Below are positions 47,492-56,811 of a DNA stretch of 64,000 nucleotides, piece by piece (positions within the stretch are counted from its first letter, which is position 1; every line of letters begins with the position of its first letter). This stretch comes from Candidatus Sericytochromatia bacterium. Lineage in GTDB: Bacteria > Cyanobacteriota > Sericytochromatia > S15B-MN24 > VGJW01. The notes below the pieces were generated by a model. The model ran no database searches. It saw only the letters and a list, made by a program, of their open reading frames with translations, and had not been told where the DNA came from. The position numbers and the translations under genes were made by a program. The stretch is from positions 77,766 to 141,765 of the forward strand of contig JAYKHS010000026.1 of the NCBI GenBank assembly GCA_035285865.1. The letters run 5' to 3'.

Positions 47492-50113
47492 ATGAGATTC
47501 GATCGCTGGACGCTCAAGGCTCAGGAAGCCCTGCAGGAGGCGCAGCATCTTGCGGAACAGGGCCAGCACCCGGAATTGCTGGGTCTGCATCTGCTGTCGG
47601 CCCTGCTGGATCAGCCCGAGGGTATTGTCCCGGCCTTGCTCCCCCGCCTCGAGGTCCCGTTGGCTTCATTGAGGGATGAGGTGCGGCAGGCCCTCGATCG
47701 CCTCCCGCGGGCTCAAGGCACACAGGGGCCCGGCCTCGGCCCCGAGGCCAAGGGCCATCTCGATCGATCGTTCCAGGAAGCGAAGGCGATGAAGGACGAG
47801 TACGTCTCGACCGAACATGTGCTGCTTGCGATGGTGGCCCACGAAGCGCGCGGGAGCGCGACCGAACTGTTGCGGGCGCGACGGATCACGCGCGATCGCC
47901 TGATGCAGGTGCTGGGGCAGGTGCGCGGCAGCCATCGCGTGACGGATCAGAATCCGGAAGCGCGTTTCCAATCGCTCGAGAAGTATGGCCGGGACCTGAC
48001 AGTCCAGGCGCGACGGGGTCGCCTCGACCCCGTGATCGGTCGGGACGAGGAGATCCGCAGGGTCATCCAGGTGCTCTCTCGCCGAACGAAGAACAACCCA
48101 GTGCTCATCGGCGAGCCTGGCGTCGGCAAGACGGCCATCGCCGAGGGGCTGGCGCAGCGCATCGCCGATGGTGATGTGCCCGAAGGGCTCAAGGACAAGC
48201 GGGTCGTGGCTCTGGACCTTGGCGCGCTCATCGCCGGCACGAAGTACCGCGGCGAGTTTGAGGATCGCCTGAAGGCTGTTCTGAAGGAGGTCTCGGATAG
48301 CGAGGGCGGAATCATCCTTTTCATCGACGAGATGCACACCTTGGTCGGTGCAGGCAAGGCGGAGGGTGCCGTCGACGCAGGCAACCTGCTCAAGCCGGCC
48401 TTGGCACGCGGCGAGCTGCGCTGCGTGGGTGCTACCACCCTCGATGAGTACCGCAAGCATGTCGAGAAGGACGCCGCGCTGGAGCGCCGCTTCCAGCCCG
48501 TGCAGGTCGGTGAGCCGAGCGTCGGAGACACCATCTCGATCCTGCGCGGTCTCAAGGAGCGCTACGAGACGCATCACCACGTCAAGATCAGCGACGCGGC
48601 GCTGGTAGCGGCGGCCCGTCTCGGGGACCGCTACATCACGGATCGCTTCCTGCCCGACAAGGCCATCGATCTGGTCGATGAGGCGTCGAGCCGCCTGCGC
48701 ATCGCTATCGATTCGATGCCCCCTGCGCTCGATGAACTCGAGCGTCGCTTGCGACAACTCGAGATCGAGCGCCAAGGACTGGTCAAGGAGATCGAGGCCG
48801 AGACGGCGGGGACATTCGCCCGCGACCGCCTGGGTGCGGTGGACCGAGAGGCGGCCGAGGTGCGGGCGCGTCGCGACGCCCTGCGCGCCCAGTGGCAGCG
48901 CGAGAAGGAGCTCATCGGACGGATCGGGGCGATTCGCGCGAAGCTGGAACAGGGGCGTACGGCCGAGCAGCGCGCCGAGCGCGAAGGGCAACTCGAACGG
49001 GCAGCCGAGATCCGCTATGGCGAGCGTCCCGCCCTGCAGCGTGACCTCGAATCGGCCACTCGGGATCTCGAGGAGGCCCAGAAGGAACACCGCATGCTCA
49101 AGGAGATGGTCACGGACGAGGACATCGCCGAGGTGGTGAGTGCCTGGACCGGCATTCCCGTGAGCCGGATGCTGGAGTCCGAAGTTCGCAAGCTGCTGGA
49201 CATGGAGGCGCGCATCTCGGCGCGCGTCATCGGTCAGGAGGAGGCCGTCCGCCAAGTGGCCGAGGCCGTGCGCCGGGCCCGGTCGGGCATCGGCGATCCC
49301 GATCGCCCCATCGGCAGCTTCCTGTTCCTCGGGCCGACCGGTGTCGGCAAGACCGAGCTTGCGCGCGCCCTGGCACAATTCCTGTTCGACGACGAGCAGC
49401 ACGTGGTGCGGCTGGACATGTCCGAGTACATGGAGCGCCACTCGGTCGCGAGGCTGATCGGCGCCCCGCCTGGCTATGTCGGACACGAAGAGGGGGGGCA
49501 GCTGACCGAGGCCGTGCGACGGGCTCCTTACTCCGTCGTGCTCTTCGACGAGGTCGAGAAGGCGCATCCCGAGGTTTACGACCTGCTGTTGCAAATTTTG
49601 GACGACGGTCGCCTGACGGACAGCCATGGGCGGACGGTCGACTTCCGGAACACCGTGGTGCTGATGACCAGCAACCTGGGCAGTGCACACCTGCAGGAGT
49701 CCGGCGGGGCCGTCACCGAGGCCGTCCGCGAGCGGGTGATGGGCGAGGTGCGCCAGCACTTCCGGCCCGAGTTCCTGAACCGACTGGACGATGTCCTGCT
49801 CTTCCGGCCTCTGGGCGTGCTGGAAATCGACCGCATCATCGATCTGCAGTTCGCGCGCCTGGCGAGTCGGCTGGTCGACAAGGGGATAAGTGTCGTGATG
49901 GACGACAAGGCGAGGGGGCGCCTGACCCGTGTGGGCTACGATCCGGTGTACGGAGCGAGGCCGCTGAAGCGGGCCATCCAGAACGAGGTGCTCAATCCTC
50001 TGGCCCGGATGCTGTTGTCCGGCGAGGTCCGTCCGGGTCAGAAGGTGCGCCTGTCCTTTGCGGATCAGGCCATGACGTTTCGTGTGGAAGAGGGCGTGAC
50101 GGCTCAGGCCTGA
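47492..50113 (+). CDS. clpB: Chaperone ClpB
   Basis: Two AAA modules ([17 protein letters not shown]), coiled-coil middle domain and [10 protein letters not shown]. Confidence 0.98.
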   Translation: MRFDRWTLKAQEALQEAQHLAEQGQHPELLGLHLLSALLDQPEGIVPALLPRLEVPLASLRDEVRQALDRLPRAQGTQGPGLGPEAKGHLDRSFQEAKAMKDEYVSTEHVLLAMVAHEARGSATELLRARRITRDRLMQVLGQVRGSHRVTDQNPEARFQSLEKYGRDLTVQARRGRLDPVIGRDEEIRRVIQVLSRRTKNNPVLIGEPGVGKTAIAEGLAQRIADGDVPEGLKDKRVVALDLGALIAGTKYRGEFEDRLKAVLKEVSDSEGGIILFIDEMHTLVGAGKAEGAVDAGNLLKPALARGELRCVGATTLDEYRKHVEKDAALERRFQPVQVGEPSVGDTISILRGLKERYETHHHVKISDAALVAAARLGDRYITDRFLPDKAIDLVDEASSRLRIAIDSMPPALDELERRLRQLEIERQGLVKEIEAETAGTFARDRLGAVDREAAEVRARRDALRAQWQREKELIGRIGAIRAKLEQGRTAEQRAEREGQLERAAEIRYGERPALQRDLESATRDLEEAQKEHRMLKEMVTDEDIAEVVSAWTGIPVSRMLESEVRKLLDMEARISARVIGQEEAVRQVAEAVRRARSGIGDPDRPIGSFLFLGPTGVGKTELARALAQFLFDDEQHVVRLDMSEYMERHSVARLIGAPPGYVGHEEGGQLTEAVRRAPYSVVLFDEVEKAHPEVYDLLLQILDDGRLTDSHGRTVDFRNTVVLMTSNLGSAHLQESGGAVTEAVRERVMGEVRQHFRPEFLNRLDDVLLFRPLGVLEIDRIIDLQFARLASRLVDKGISVVMDDKARGRLTRVGYDPVYGARPLKRAIQNEVLNPLARMLLSGEVRPGQKVRLSFADQAMTFRVEEGVTAQA

Positions 50114-50547
50114 GGCAGGATGCCCGCCAAGGCTTCTAGGCCAAGACGGTAGCTTGCGAATCCGAGTCCGGAAATCACGCCCCGACAAGCCGAGGCCGTC
50201 AGCAGGACCTGGCGGCCCGGCTCCCGGGCGTGGACGTTCGACAGGTGCACCTCGACGGTCGGCAGAGCGATCCCGGCGATGGCATCTCGAAGGGCCCACG
50301 AGGTGTGGGCCAGGCCACCGGGGTTGATGACGATGCCGGCATATCCTTCCGCGCGGGCGGCATGCAGCCAGTCGATGAGCTGGCCCTCGTGGTTGCTCTG
50401 GCGTGACGTGACCTCGAGATCCAGATCCAGTCCCCAGTTGCGCAGGCGGATTTCAAGTTCTGCCAGGGTCTGGTGCCCGTAGACCTCGGGTTCGCGCTGC
50501 CCCAGCAGGTCCAGATTCGGTCCATGCAGCACGAGTACGGGGGTCAT
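50104..50547 (-). CDS. aroQ: Type II 3-dehydroquinate dehydratase
   Basis: [23 protein letters not shown] and [11 protein letters not shown]. Confidence 0.97.
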   Translation of the reverse strand: MTPVLVLHGPNLDLLGQREPEVYGHQTLAELEIRLRNWGLDLDLEVTSRQSNHEGQLIDWLHAARAEGYAGIVINPGGLAHTSWALRDAIAGIALPTVEVHLSNVHAREPGRQVLLTASACRGVISGLGFASYRLGLEALAGILPQA

Positions 50548-51740
50548 GGCGTGGGCTCCGATCGATCAGCCAGCTTGCGCGTGGCTTCGAGGTGGGCAAG
50601 GACTTCCGCGAGACTGTCGCCGCCGGTCTTCTCGAGCAGGGCGTCCGCGATGACGAAGGCCACCATGGCCTCCGCGACGACGCCCGCGGCGGGCACGGCA
50701 CAGATGTCGGCCCGTTCGAAGTGCGCGGGGGCCGGCGCCCCGTCGGGCCAACGGGCGCCCTGCAGCGGCTGCCGCAAGGTCGAGATGGGTTTCATCGCTC
50801 CCCGCACGATCAGCGGTTGTCCGTTGGTCATCCCGCCCTCGAGTCCGCCGGCACGGTTGCCCGTCCGAACGAAGCCATCGGCAAAAGGGTCGTGCACCGC
50901 GCTGCCGAGCCGCGATGCTTCCCCGAAGGCATCACCGATGGCCACGCCTTTGACGGCCTGAATGCTCATCACCGCTTGGGCGAGACGGCCGTCCAGGCGA
51001 CGATCCCATTGCACGTGACTGCCCAGGCCGACAGGCAGACCCGTCACGACCACCTCGAAGATTCCACCGAGGCTGTCTCCCGCCTTGCCCGCGGCATCGA
51101 TGGCCGCGACCATCGCGGCCGAGGCTGCGGAATCCGCGCAGCGGACGGGCGAGGGCTCGGCCCGCTCCTGCAGCAGACGGACGAGGTCCGGATCATCGGG
51201 CCCTGCAGGGATATGGGCCGTCACGGTGCCGATGGCAAGGACGTGGGACGTCAGGCGGATGCCGGCAGCCTCGAGCAGGGGCAGCAGGATCCCGGCCGCC
51301 GCCACGCGGGCGACGGTTTCCCGGGCGCTCGCGCGCTCCAGAACGTCACGGACATCGTCCAGGCCGTATTTCACCGCGCCGGCATAGTCGGCGTGCCCGG
51401 GACGAAGGTGCTCGATGCGGCGGGTGTCGACGGCGTCCTGCGCTGCGGATGTGGATGGGGCCTCGGGTGTCATGACCGCCGTCCACCGGGCATGGTCGAG
51501 ATTGGGAATCGCGAGGGCGACCGGGGCACCCGTGGTTTTGCCCAGGCGAATCCCGCCGTGGACTTCAGGCATGTCCTGCTCGATGCGTTGTCGAGCGCTG
51601 CGTCCGTGGCCCGATTGCCTGCGGCGCATGTGGGTCCTCAGGCGCTCGGCATCGAAGGGCACCCCGGCGGGCACGCCCTCGAGCAAGGCCACTTGCCAGG
51701 GGCCGTGGGATTCTCCCGCCGTCAGCAGTCGCAGGGGCAT
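50544..51740 (-). CDS. aroC: Chorismate synthase
   Basis: TAGESHG, RPGHAD, ERASARETVARVAA and MKPIST. Confidence 0.97.
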   Translation of the reverse strand: MPLRLLTAGESHGPWQVALLEGVPAGVPFDAERLRTHMRRRQSGHGRSARQRIEQDMPEVHGGIRLGKTTGAPVALAIPNLDHARWTAVMTPEAPSTSAAQDAVDTRRIEHLRPGHADYAGAVKYGLDDVRDVLERASARETVARVAAAGILLPLLEAAGIRLTSHVLAIGTVTAHIPAGPDDPDLVRLLQERAEPSPVRCADSAASAAMVAAIDAAGKAGDSLGGIFEVVVTGLPVGLGSHVQWDRRLDGRLAQAVMSIQAVKGVAIGDAFGEASRLGSAVHDPFADGFVRTGNRAGGLEGGMTNGQPLIVRGAMKPISTLRQPLQGARWPDGAPAPAHFERADICAVPAAGVVAEAMVAFVIADALLEKTGGDSLAEVLAHLEATRKLADRSEPTP

Positions 51741-51856
51741 GGGCTCATGCTACACGCTGCGGCCTGCCTCCCCGGAGAGCGCCGGATACGTTGGCGCGTG
51801 CCCGGGGTATGGACCCTCCGGGTATCGACCACGATGACCGGAACCACACCTTAACG

Positions 51857-52273
51857 ATGCCAGCCCTCCATTTCCTGAGCGACGTGGACCGGGTGGACGT
51901 CGTCCGCTCGTTCGTCGAGGACACGGCATCGGGCCTCGTATTGACCAAGGACGAGCGCTACCATCTGGAGCTTGCGGTCCTCGAGGCCGTCATGAACGTC
52001 ATGATCCATGCGTACAGTTCGGAGGCAGGGCATCCCATCCGCCTGACGATCGACGTCGATGGCGAAGGATTCCTGCATGTCGAGGTCCGGGACAAGGGAT
52101 CCTTCTTCAATATCCTCGATCTGCCGCCCCCGGATCTGCAACGACATATCGAGATCCAGAAGCGAGGCGGCCTCGGCGTGCACCTGATGCGGAACCTGAT
52201 GGACGAGGTCGCCGTGTTGCAGGAAGGCGACGAGAACATCTTGCGGATGCGCAAGCGTCTCGCGATTGCCTGA
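51857..52273 (+). CDS. RsbW-like anti-sigma factor / Ser-Thr kinase (HATPase_c_2)
   Basis: LAVLEAVMNVMIHAY, VRDKG and GGLGVHLMRNLMDEV. Confidence 0.9.
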   Translation: MPALHFLSDVDRVDVVRSFVEDTASGLVLTKDERYHLELAVLEAVMNVMIHAYSSEAGHPIRLTIDVDGEGFLHVEVRDKGSFFNILDLPPPDLQRHIEIQKRGGLGVHLMRNLMDEVAVLQEGDENILRMRKRLAIA

Positions 52274-52328
52274 GCGCCCCTGACGCACCTCGCCCGTTCG
52301 GGTAGGATGCCCTCGGAGACCAAGGGTG

Positions 52329-53396
52329 ATGCGTGCGTTGTTGTTGCTGCCGCTGCTGGCGGCCCTCGCGGGGGGACGTTGCCAGGAGGCGCCTCCGCCA
52401 GACAGTCGTGAGGCGCAGGTGGCTCGAGGCAAGGCGGCCTATGCGAAGACCTGTGCCATCTGCCACGGTCCGGCCGGAGAGGGGTACGCCGCGGACAACG
52501 CGCCGGCGTTGGCAGGCGCTGATCTGCTGGTGACGGCGTCGGACGCATTCCTGTACGAGACCATCGCCCGTGGCCGTCCGGGCACGGTGATGTCGGGATG
52601 GGCAAAGGAGCACGGGGGGCCTTGGGACGAAGGCCAGATCCAGGATCTGGTCGCCTTGATGCGGTCCTGGCAGCAGGGCACCATGCGGCCCCTTGATCAG
52701 GCCCCGTTGCGTCCGGATGGACAGGACGGCAAGACCCTCTACGGCAAGCATTGCGCCTCGTGTCATGGGGCCACGGGCATCGAGGGACCCAACAATCGCC
52801 TCGCGCATCCGCAGTTGCTGGATCTGGCCTCGGACGGCTTCCTTCGTGCGACCATCCTCGAGGGCCGCGCAGGAACGCCCATGAAGGCGTTCCGAGACAC
52901 GCTGCGGCCAGCCGAGGTGGATGCCATCATCGCCTATCTGCGCCAACATCCGGCGCAGGTTCCCGAGGTGGGCCGTCCCGTGGCGACCGGCAGTGCCCCG
53001 GTCGATCTGCCGAGCGGGGGCGAGCCCGATTTCCCCAAGGGAGCCCGCTTCATCGGCGTGGATCTCGCAGCCCGGGAGATGCGCCGGGGCGCCCGGATCC
53101 TGTTCGTCGACGCGCGTCCGCCATCGGACTTCCAGGCGGGACACGTCCGCGGCGCCATCAACCTCCCGTTCTACGAGGCGCCCGAGCGAGCCGACCAGGT
53201 GCCCAAAGGCGCGTGGGTGCTCACCTATTGCGGCTGTCCGCATGCGGAATCGGGCGAGGTGGCCGAGGTCCTTAGGGGCCGGGGCCACGATCGGGTCGCC
53301 ATCCTGGACGAGGGCTGGGGGCCTTGGAAGACGCGCGGTTACCCCATCGAGGGCCCGGCCCGAGCCGCAACCGCATCGGCGAGGTCAAAGCATTGA
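52329..53396 (+). CDS. Di-heme cytochrome c fused to a rhodanese domain
   Basis: CAICH and CASCH with distal Met motifs (GRPGTVM, GTPM); rhodanese DARP..F..GHVRGA, YCGCPH and LDEG...W. Confidence 0.85.
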   Translation: MRALLLLPLLAALAGGRCQEAPPPDSREAQVARGKAAYAKTCAICHGPAGEGYAADNAPALAGADLLVTASDAFLYETIARGRPGTVMSGWAKEHGGPWDEGQIQDLVALMRSWQQGTMRPLDQAPLRPDGQDGKTLYGKHCASCHGATGIEGPNNRLAHPQLLDLASDGFLRATILEGRAGTPMKAFRDTLRPAEVDAIIAYLRQHPAQVPEVGRPVATGSAPVDLPSGGEPDFPKGARFIGVDLAAREMRRGARILFVDARPPSDFQAGHVRGAINLPFYEAPERADQVPKGAWVLTYCGCPHAESGEVAEVLRGRGHDRVAILDEGWGPWKTRGYPIEGPARAATASARSKH

Positions 53397-53398
53397 AA

Positions 53399-54589
53399 GT
53401 GACGAAGCGGCATCGGCTGTTGCTCGTGGGCCTGAGCCTGCTGGCACCCGCCTGTGCCTCGGCTCGGGCAGTCTCGGGGGCCGTCTCGATTCCCGAGCCG
53501 GATGCCTCGGCTTCACCTTCTGCATCAGCCACGGCCGATTCCGGTGTCGCTCAGCCGCCGGCAGCCCGGCTGGCCCCCGACGATCCAGGGCCGCTGGATC
53601 GGCATCATCTCTGGGTCATGGGCACGGGGCCGACGGCGAGTACCTATTGCTGGATTCCCGAGTTCCGGGCGTGGCAGGTACTCGAGCCAGCGCAGGCGGG
53701 TTTGCCTGACTTGCCCAGGGGGGCATGGGTTGCCACACAACCTGCCGGTGCTGCCGGTGTCGCGTGGGCCGAGGAGACCTTTGGCGGGATGTACGTGGCC
53801 AAGTATGAAGCCAGCCATGAGGACGCCGTGCCGGGCGATTCGCAGACGGGTGCCGGTGCGGCGGCGGGGACTTCGCCGCGGGTCAAGTCGGCAGCCCTTT
53901 GTCCGGCTTGGGCCAACGTTCACTGGGATGAGGCCCGGATGCGCGCGCGCAGCGTGGCTCCCGAAGCCGATCTGATGGGCGACGAGGACTGGACGGCCCT
54001 CGCGGTCTGGTCCTCCGTCCATGGGATCCGGGTTCTTGGCAACAACAGTGGCGGTTCATTCCGGGATGTTTCGGATGCCACGGTCCGTTTCCTGTCGCCG
54101 CCGGATGCCCCTGCGTCAGGGGTGGCCCTCACGGGTTCCGGTCGCGCCCCGGATTGGCCGGAGGACGTCGACAGGACCACCCATACGGGACTGGTTGCCG
54201 GCGTGTCGGATCTCAATGGGAACCTCGAGGAATGGACGGCAGATGTAGCAATCGGCGGTAGCCCCGGCGTGCCCGGAACCTGGATTGTCCGCGGCGTGGA
54301 TTCGGGCGTGCGCGCGCCGATCGTGTCAGGTTCGTCCAGCGCCATCACGGCACTGGATACGAGCCCTGCCCTGCGACGTTACGGCTTGCCTGCACGTCTC
54401 GGTGCGTCCGGACTTCCGGCATTTGACCTGGACCACGCGATTCACGATGGCGCCACCGGCGTGCGGGCCATGCGCGGGGGAGGCTTTTACGACGTGGAGC
54501 GTGCCGGCCTCTGGCACATGCATCTGACGCGGCGGCACGACTTCGCCAATCAGTATTTCGGATTCCGGGTGGTGTTGCGCTATCGGTGA
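53399..54589 (+). CDS. Lipoprotein with FGE-sulfatase/CLec-like C-terminal domain
   Basis: Lipobox-like LAPAC; YVAKYEAS, DLNGNLEEW and RGGGF...AG...GFRVV. Confidence 0.7.
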   Translation: MTKRHRLLLVGLSLLAPACASARAVSGAVSIPEPDASASPSASATADSGVAQPPAARLAPDDPGPLDRHHLWVMGTGPTASTYCWIPEFRAWQVLEPAQAGLPDLPRGAWVATQPAGAAGVAWAEETFGGMYVAKYEASHEDAVPGDSQTGAGAAAGTSPRVKSAALCPAWANVHWDEARMRARSVAPEADLMGDEDWTALAVWSSVHGIRVLGNNSGGSFRDVSDATVRFLSPPDAPASGVALTGSGRAPDWPEDVDRTTHTGLVAGVSDLNGNLEEWTADVAIGGSPGVPGTWIVRGVDSGVRAPIVSGSSSAITALDTSPALRRYGLPARLGASGLPAFDLDHAIHDGATGVRAMRGGGFYDVERAGLWHMHLTRRHDFANQYFGFRVVLRYR

Positions 54590-54621
54590 CGCCGCGGCAT
54601 CCGGTTTGTTAACATGAGGAC

Positions 54622-55875
54622 ATGCTTCGTTCGCGGGATTGTTTTTCATCGGCGCTTGTCGGCTCCCTGATGCTGTCTGCCTGCGGGGGAGGTACCGGTT
54701 TCCCGGCGGCAACCGCCAGAGGCGCTCTGGCGGCCGAGGCGGCAGGCGAGACACGTCTCCTCGTCCGCTGGCAGGCCGAGGATCTGGCTCGTGGCACTGC
54801 GGGCCTTTTCGGAGCCTCCGGTTGGCGGCGCGCTGCGCGGCAGTTGCCCGATCTGCTTGCAGAAGGCTGGGTGGCTTACGAAGGCCCTTCCGGTACCGCA
54901 GCGGACCTGCGGCGCGCCCTGGCGGGGCGCAGGGGGGTTCGCTCCATCAGCGGGGTGGGTCGGGTCGGATTGACCCCTGAAGCGATGGAGCCGTCACCGG
55001 TGATGTTGGCCGATCCGGGTGTGCGCCAGCAGTATCATCACGCCCTGCTGCGGACCGCCTCGGCCCACGCCGTGACCCGCGGACGGCCGGACATCGTCGT
55101 GGCCGTCGTCGATACGGGCGCTGACCTCCTTCACCCCGACTTCGCCGGTCGTGGCGGGACCAGTCGCGTCTCGGCCGGCCGCAATCATCTGGACGGGGGC
55201 ACGGATCTCACGGACGGCACTGGCCACGGGACACATTGTCTCGGGGTCGTAGGGGCGACGGCGGGCAATGGCATCGGCGTCGAGGGCATGGCCCCGGATA
55301 CGGGCTTGCGGGCGGAGCGCGTTCTGGACGGTCGCGGCCAAGGCACGTGGGAGTCCGTCGCCAGCGGTATCCTGGCCGCTTCTCGGGCGGGTGCCAGGGT
55401 CATCAGCCTGAGTCTCGGGGACGTCTACAGCGCTCCGGTGCTCGAGCAGGCCGTGGCCTCCGCGCAGGCCCGGGGTGCGCTCGTCGTGGCCGCCATGGGC
55501 AACTATGGGGATGCGCGGCGCGTCTACCCGGCGTCGTTGCCGGGTGTTCTCGCCGTCGGTGCGACCAACCAGCAGGACCAGCGGACGGGCTTCTCTTGCC
55601 AAGGCCCGTGGATAGGTGTCGTGGCTCCCGGCATGCAGGTCTATTCGACGTTGCCCCATACGGGCCGCTATGCCTATGGCTACATGTCGGGCACGTCGAT
55701 GGCGGCACCGATGGTTTCCGGCCTGGCCGCCCTCTTGATGGCCCGCAATCCGCAATGGACCGCGGATCAGGTGGCGCGGCGCATCCGAGACACAGCCAAG
55801 GACCTCGGGGAGCCCGGGTTCGACGTCCAGACCGGCAGCGGGCGCATCGATCCCGTGGCCGCCCTGGCCAACTAG
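54622..55875 (+). CDS. S8 subtilase (lipoprotein)
   Basis: VAVVDTG, HGTHCLG and SGTSMAAP; lipobox LSAC. Confidence 0.93.
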   Translation: MLRSRDCFSSALVGSLMLSACGGGTGFPAATARGALAAEAAGETRLLVRWQAEDLARGTAGLFGASGWRRAARQLPDLLAEGWVAYEGPSGTAADLRRALAGRRGVRSISGVGRVGLTPEAMEPSPVMLADPGVRQQYHHALLRTASAHAVTRGRPDIVVAVVDTGADLLHPDFAGRGGTSRVSAGRNHLDGGTDLTDGTGHGTHCLGVVGATAGNGIGVEGMAPDTGLRAERVLDGRGQGTWESVASGILAASRAGARVISLSLGDVYSAPVLEQAVASAQARGALVVAAMGNYGDARRVYPASLPGVLAVGATNQQDQRTGFSCQGPWIGVVAPGMQVYSTLPHTGRYAYGYMSGTSMAAPMVSGLAALLMARNPQWTADQVARRIRDTAKDLGEPGFDVQTGSGRIDPVAALAN

Positions 55876-56789
55876 CCCCGGACCCTGCCCCCCTCGGGCG
55901 GGACGTGCGTGGCCGTGCCCGTGTCGAGGAACTTCAGGGTCGCATCGGTGACCAAGCGACGCGACTGCGCGTCCGGGTGCTGGCGCGGGCTGACCATTCC
56001 GTGGGGGACCGCCGCCGAGGCCGGAAAGTGCAACCAGCCACCGCTCGTGCCTCGCTGGCGCTCCCACAGGATGCGGCAGCCCTTGGGGTCCGCGAGATCG
56101 TCGAGGCTGGTACTGAGCACCTGCAGGGGCAAGGTCAATCGCCCGGCCTCGGGCAGGATGCCTGCCACGAACCCGAGGATGCCCGCAAGGTTTCCCGCGC
56201 GAAATCGCCAATGGCCCGGCCGTACCCAGCCGTCCTCGTGGCGTGGCGGAGTTTTCCCCCAGGCGAAGGGCTGACGGTCCAGCCAGCGGCCCAGCGATCC
56301 CCCGGCGGGTCCGTCGACAGCTTGCAGCATCCCCATGGCCACGCGTGCGCGCCAGGGTGCCGGCAGCAACAACGGTGCCATCACGCATGCTCGGGCGATG
56401 TCCCGATGCCTGATGGCAAGATCGAGGGCGAGGGCCCCTCCGGCCGAAAGGCCACACAGCACGAGCGGGGCATCAAGCGTCCGGGCCAAGGCCAGAGCCT
56501 TGTCGCCTTCTTCGCGGTAGCGATGTGCTTCGTGAGCCTTCGGCAGGTCACCGGGGTCCTCCTCCCCTGTCACCGTGGCGAAGCCGTGGCCTGCGAGTCG
56601 CGGGAGCACGACGTTCCAGCCGCGGGCACACATGGCGTCGGCGAGTTCGTCGAACTGCCAGGGCCCGGCCGAGTAGCCGTGGAAGGCGACCAGCGTGCCG
56701 CGCGCGGTTCCTGCATCCGGCTTGAGGATGCGCCCCCTGCAAGCCGGCTGGAGCAGGAGATCCTCGTCCCCGGGGAAGGCGACAACCAT
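55872..56789 (-). CDS. Alpha/beta hydrolase (carboxylesterase)
   Basis: FHGY, RLAGHG, GLSAGG nucleophile elbow and candidate catalytic Asp and His. Confidence 0.88.
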   Translation of the reverse strand: MVVAFPGDEDLLLQPACRGRILKPDAGTARGTLVAFHGYSAGPWQFDELADAMCARGWNVVLPRLAGHGFATVTGEEDPGDLPKAHEAHRYREEGDKALALARTLDAPLVLCGLSAGGALALDLAIRHRDIARACVMAPLLLPAPWRARVAMGMLQAVDGPAGGSLGRWLDRQPFAWGKTPPRHEDGWVRPGHWRFRAGNLAGILGFVAGILPEAGRLTLPLQVLSTSLDDLADPKGCRILWERQRGTSGGWLHFPASAAVPHGMVSPRQHPDAQSRRLVTDATLKFLDTGTATHVPPEGGRVRG

Positions 56790-56811
56790 GTCCAGAGGGT
56801 ACAACACGGGC

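Noticed and set aside
47666..50299. 877-aa antisense ORF over clpB, and similar long antisense ORFs over flhA, dinG, fhs and serS
   Set aside because: Shadow ORFs expected from high-GC codon bias; no recognisable motifs, and the opposite strand carries a conserved gene.
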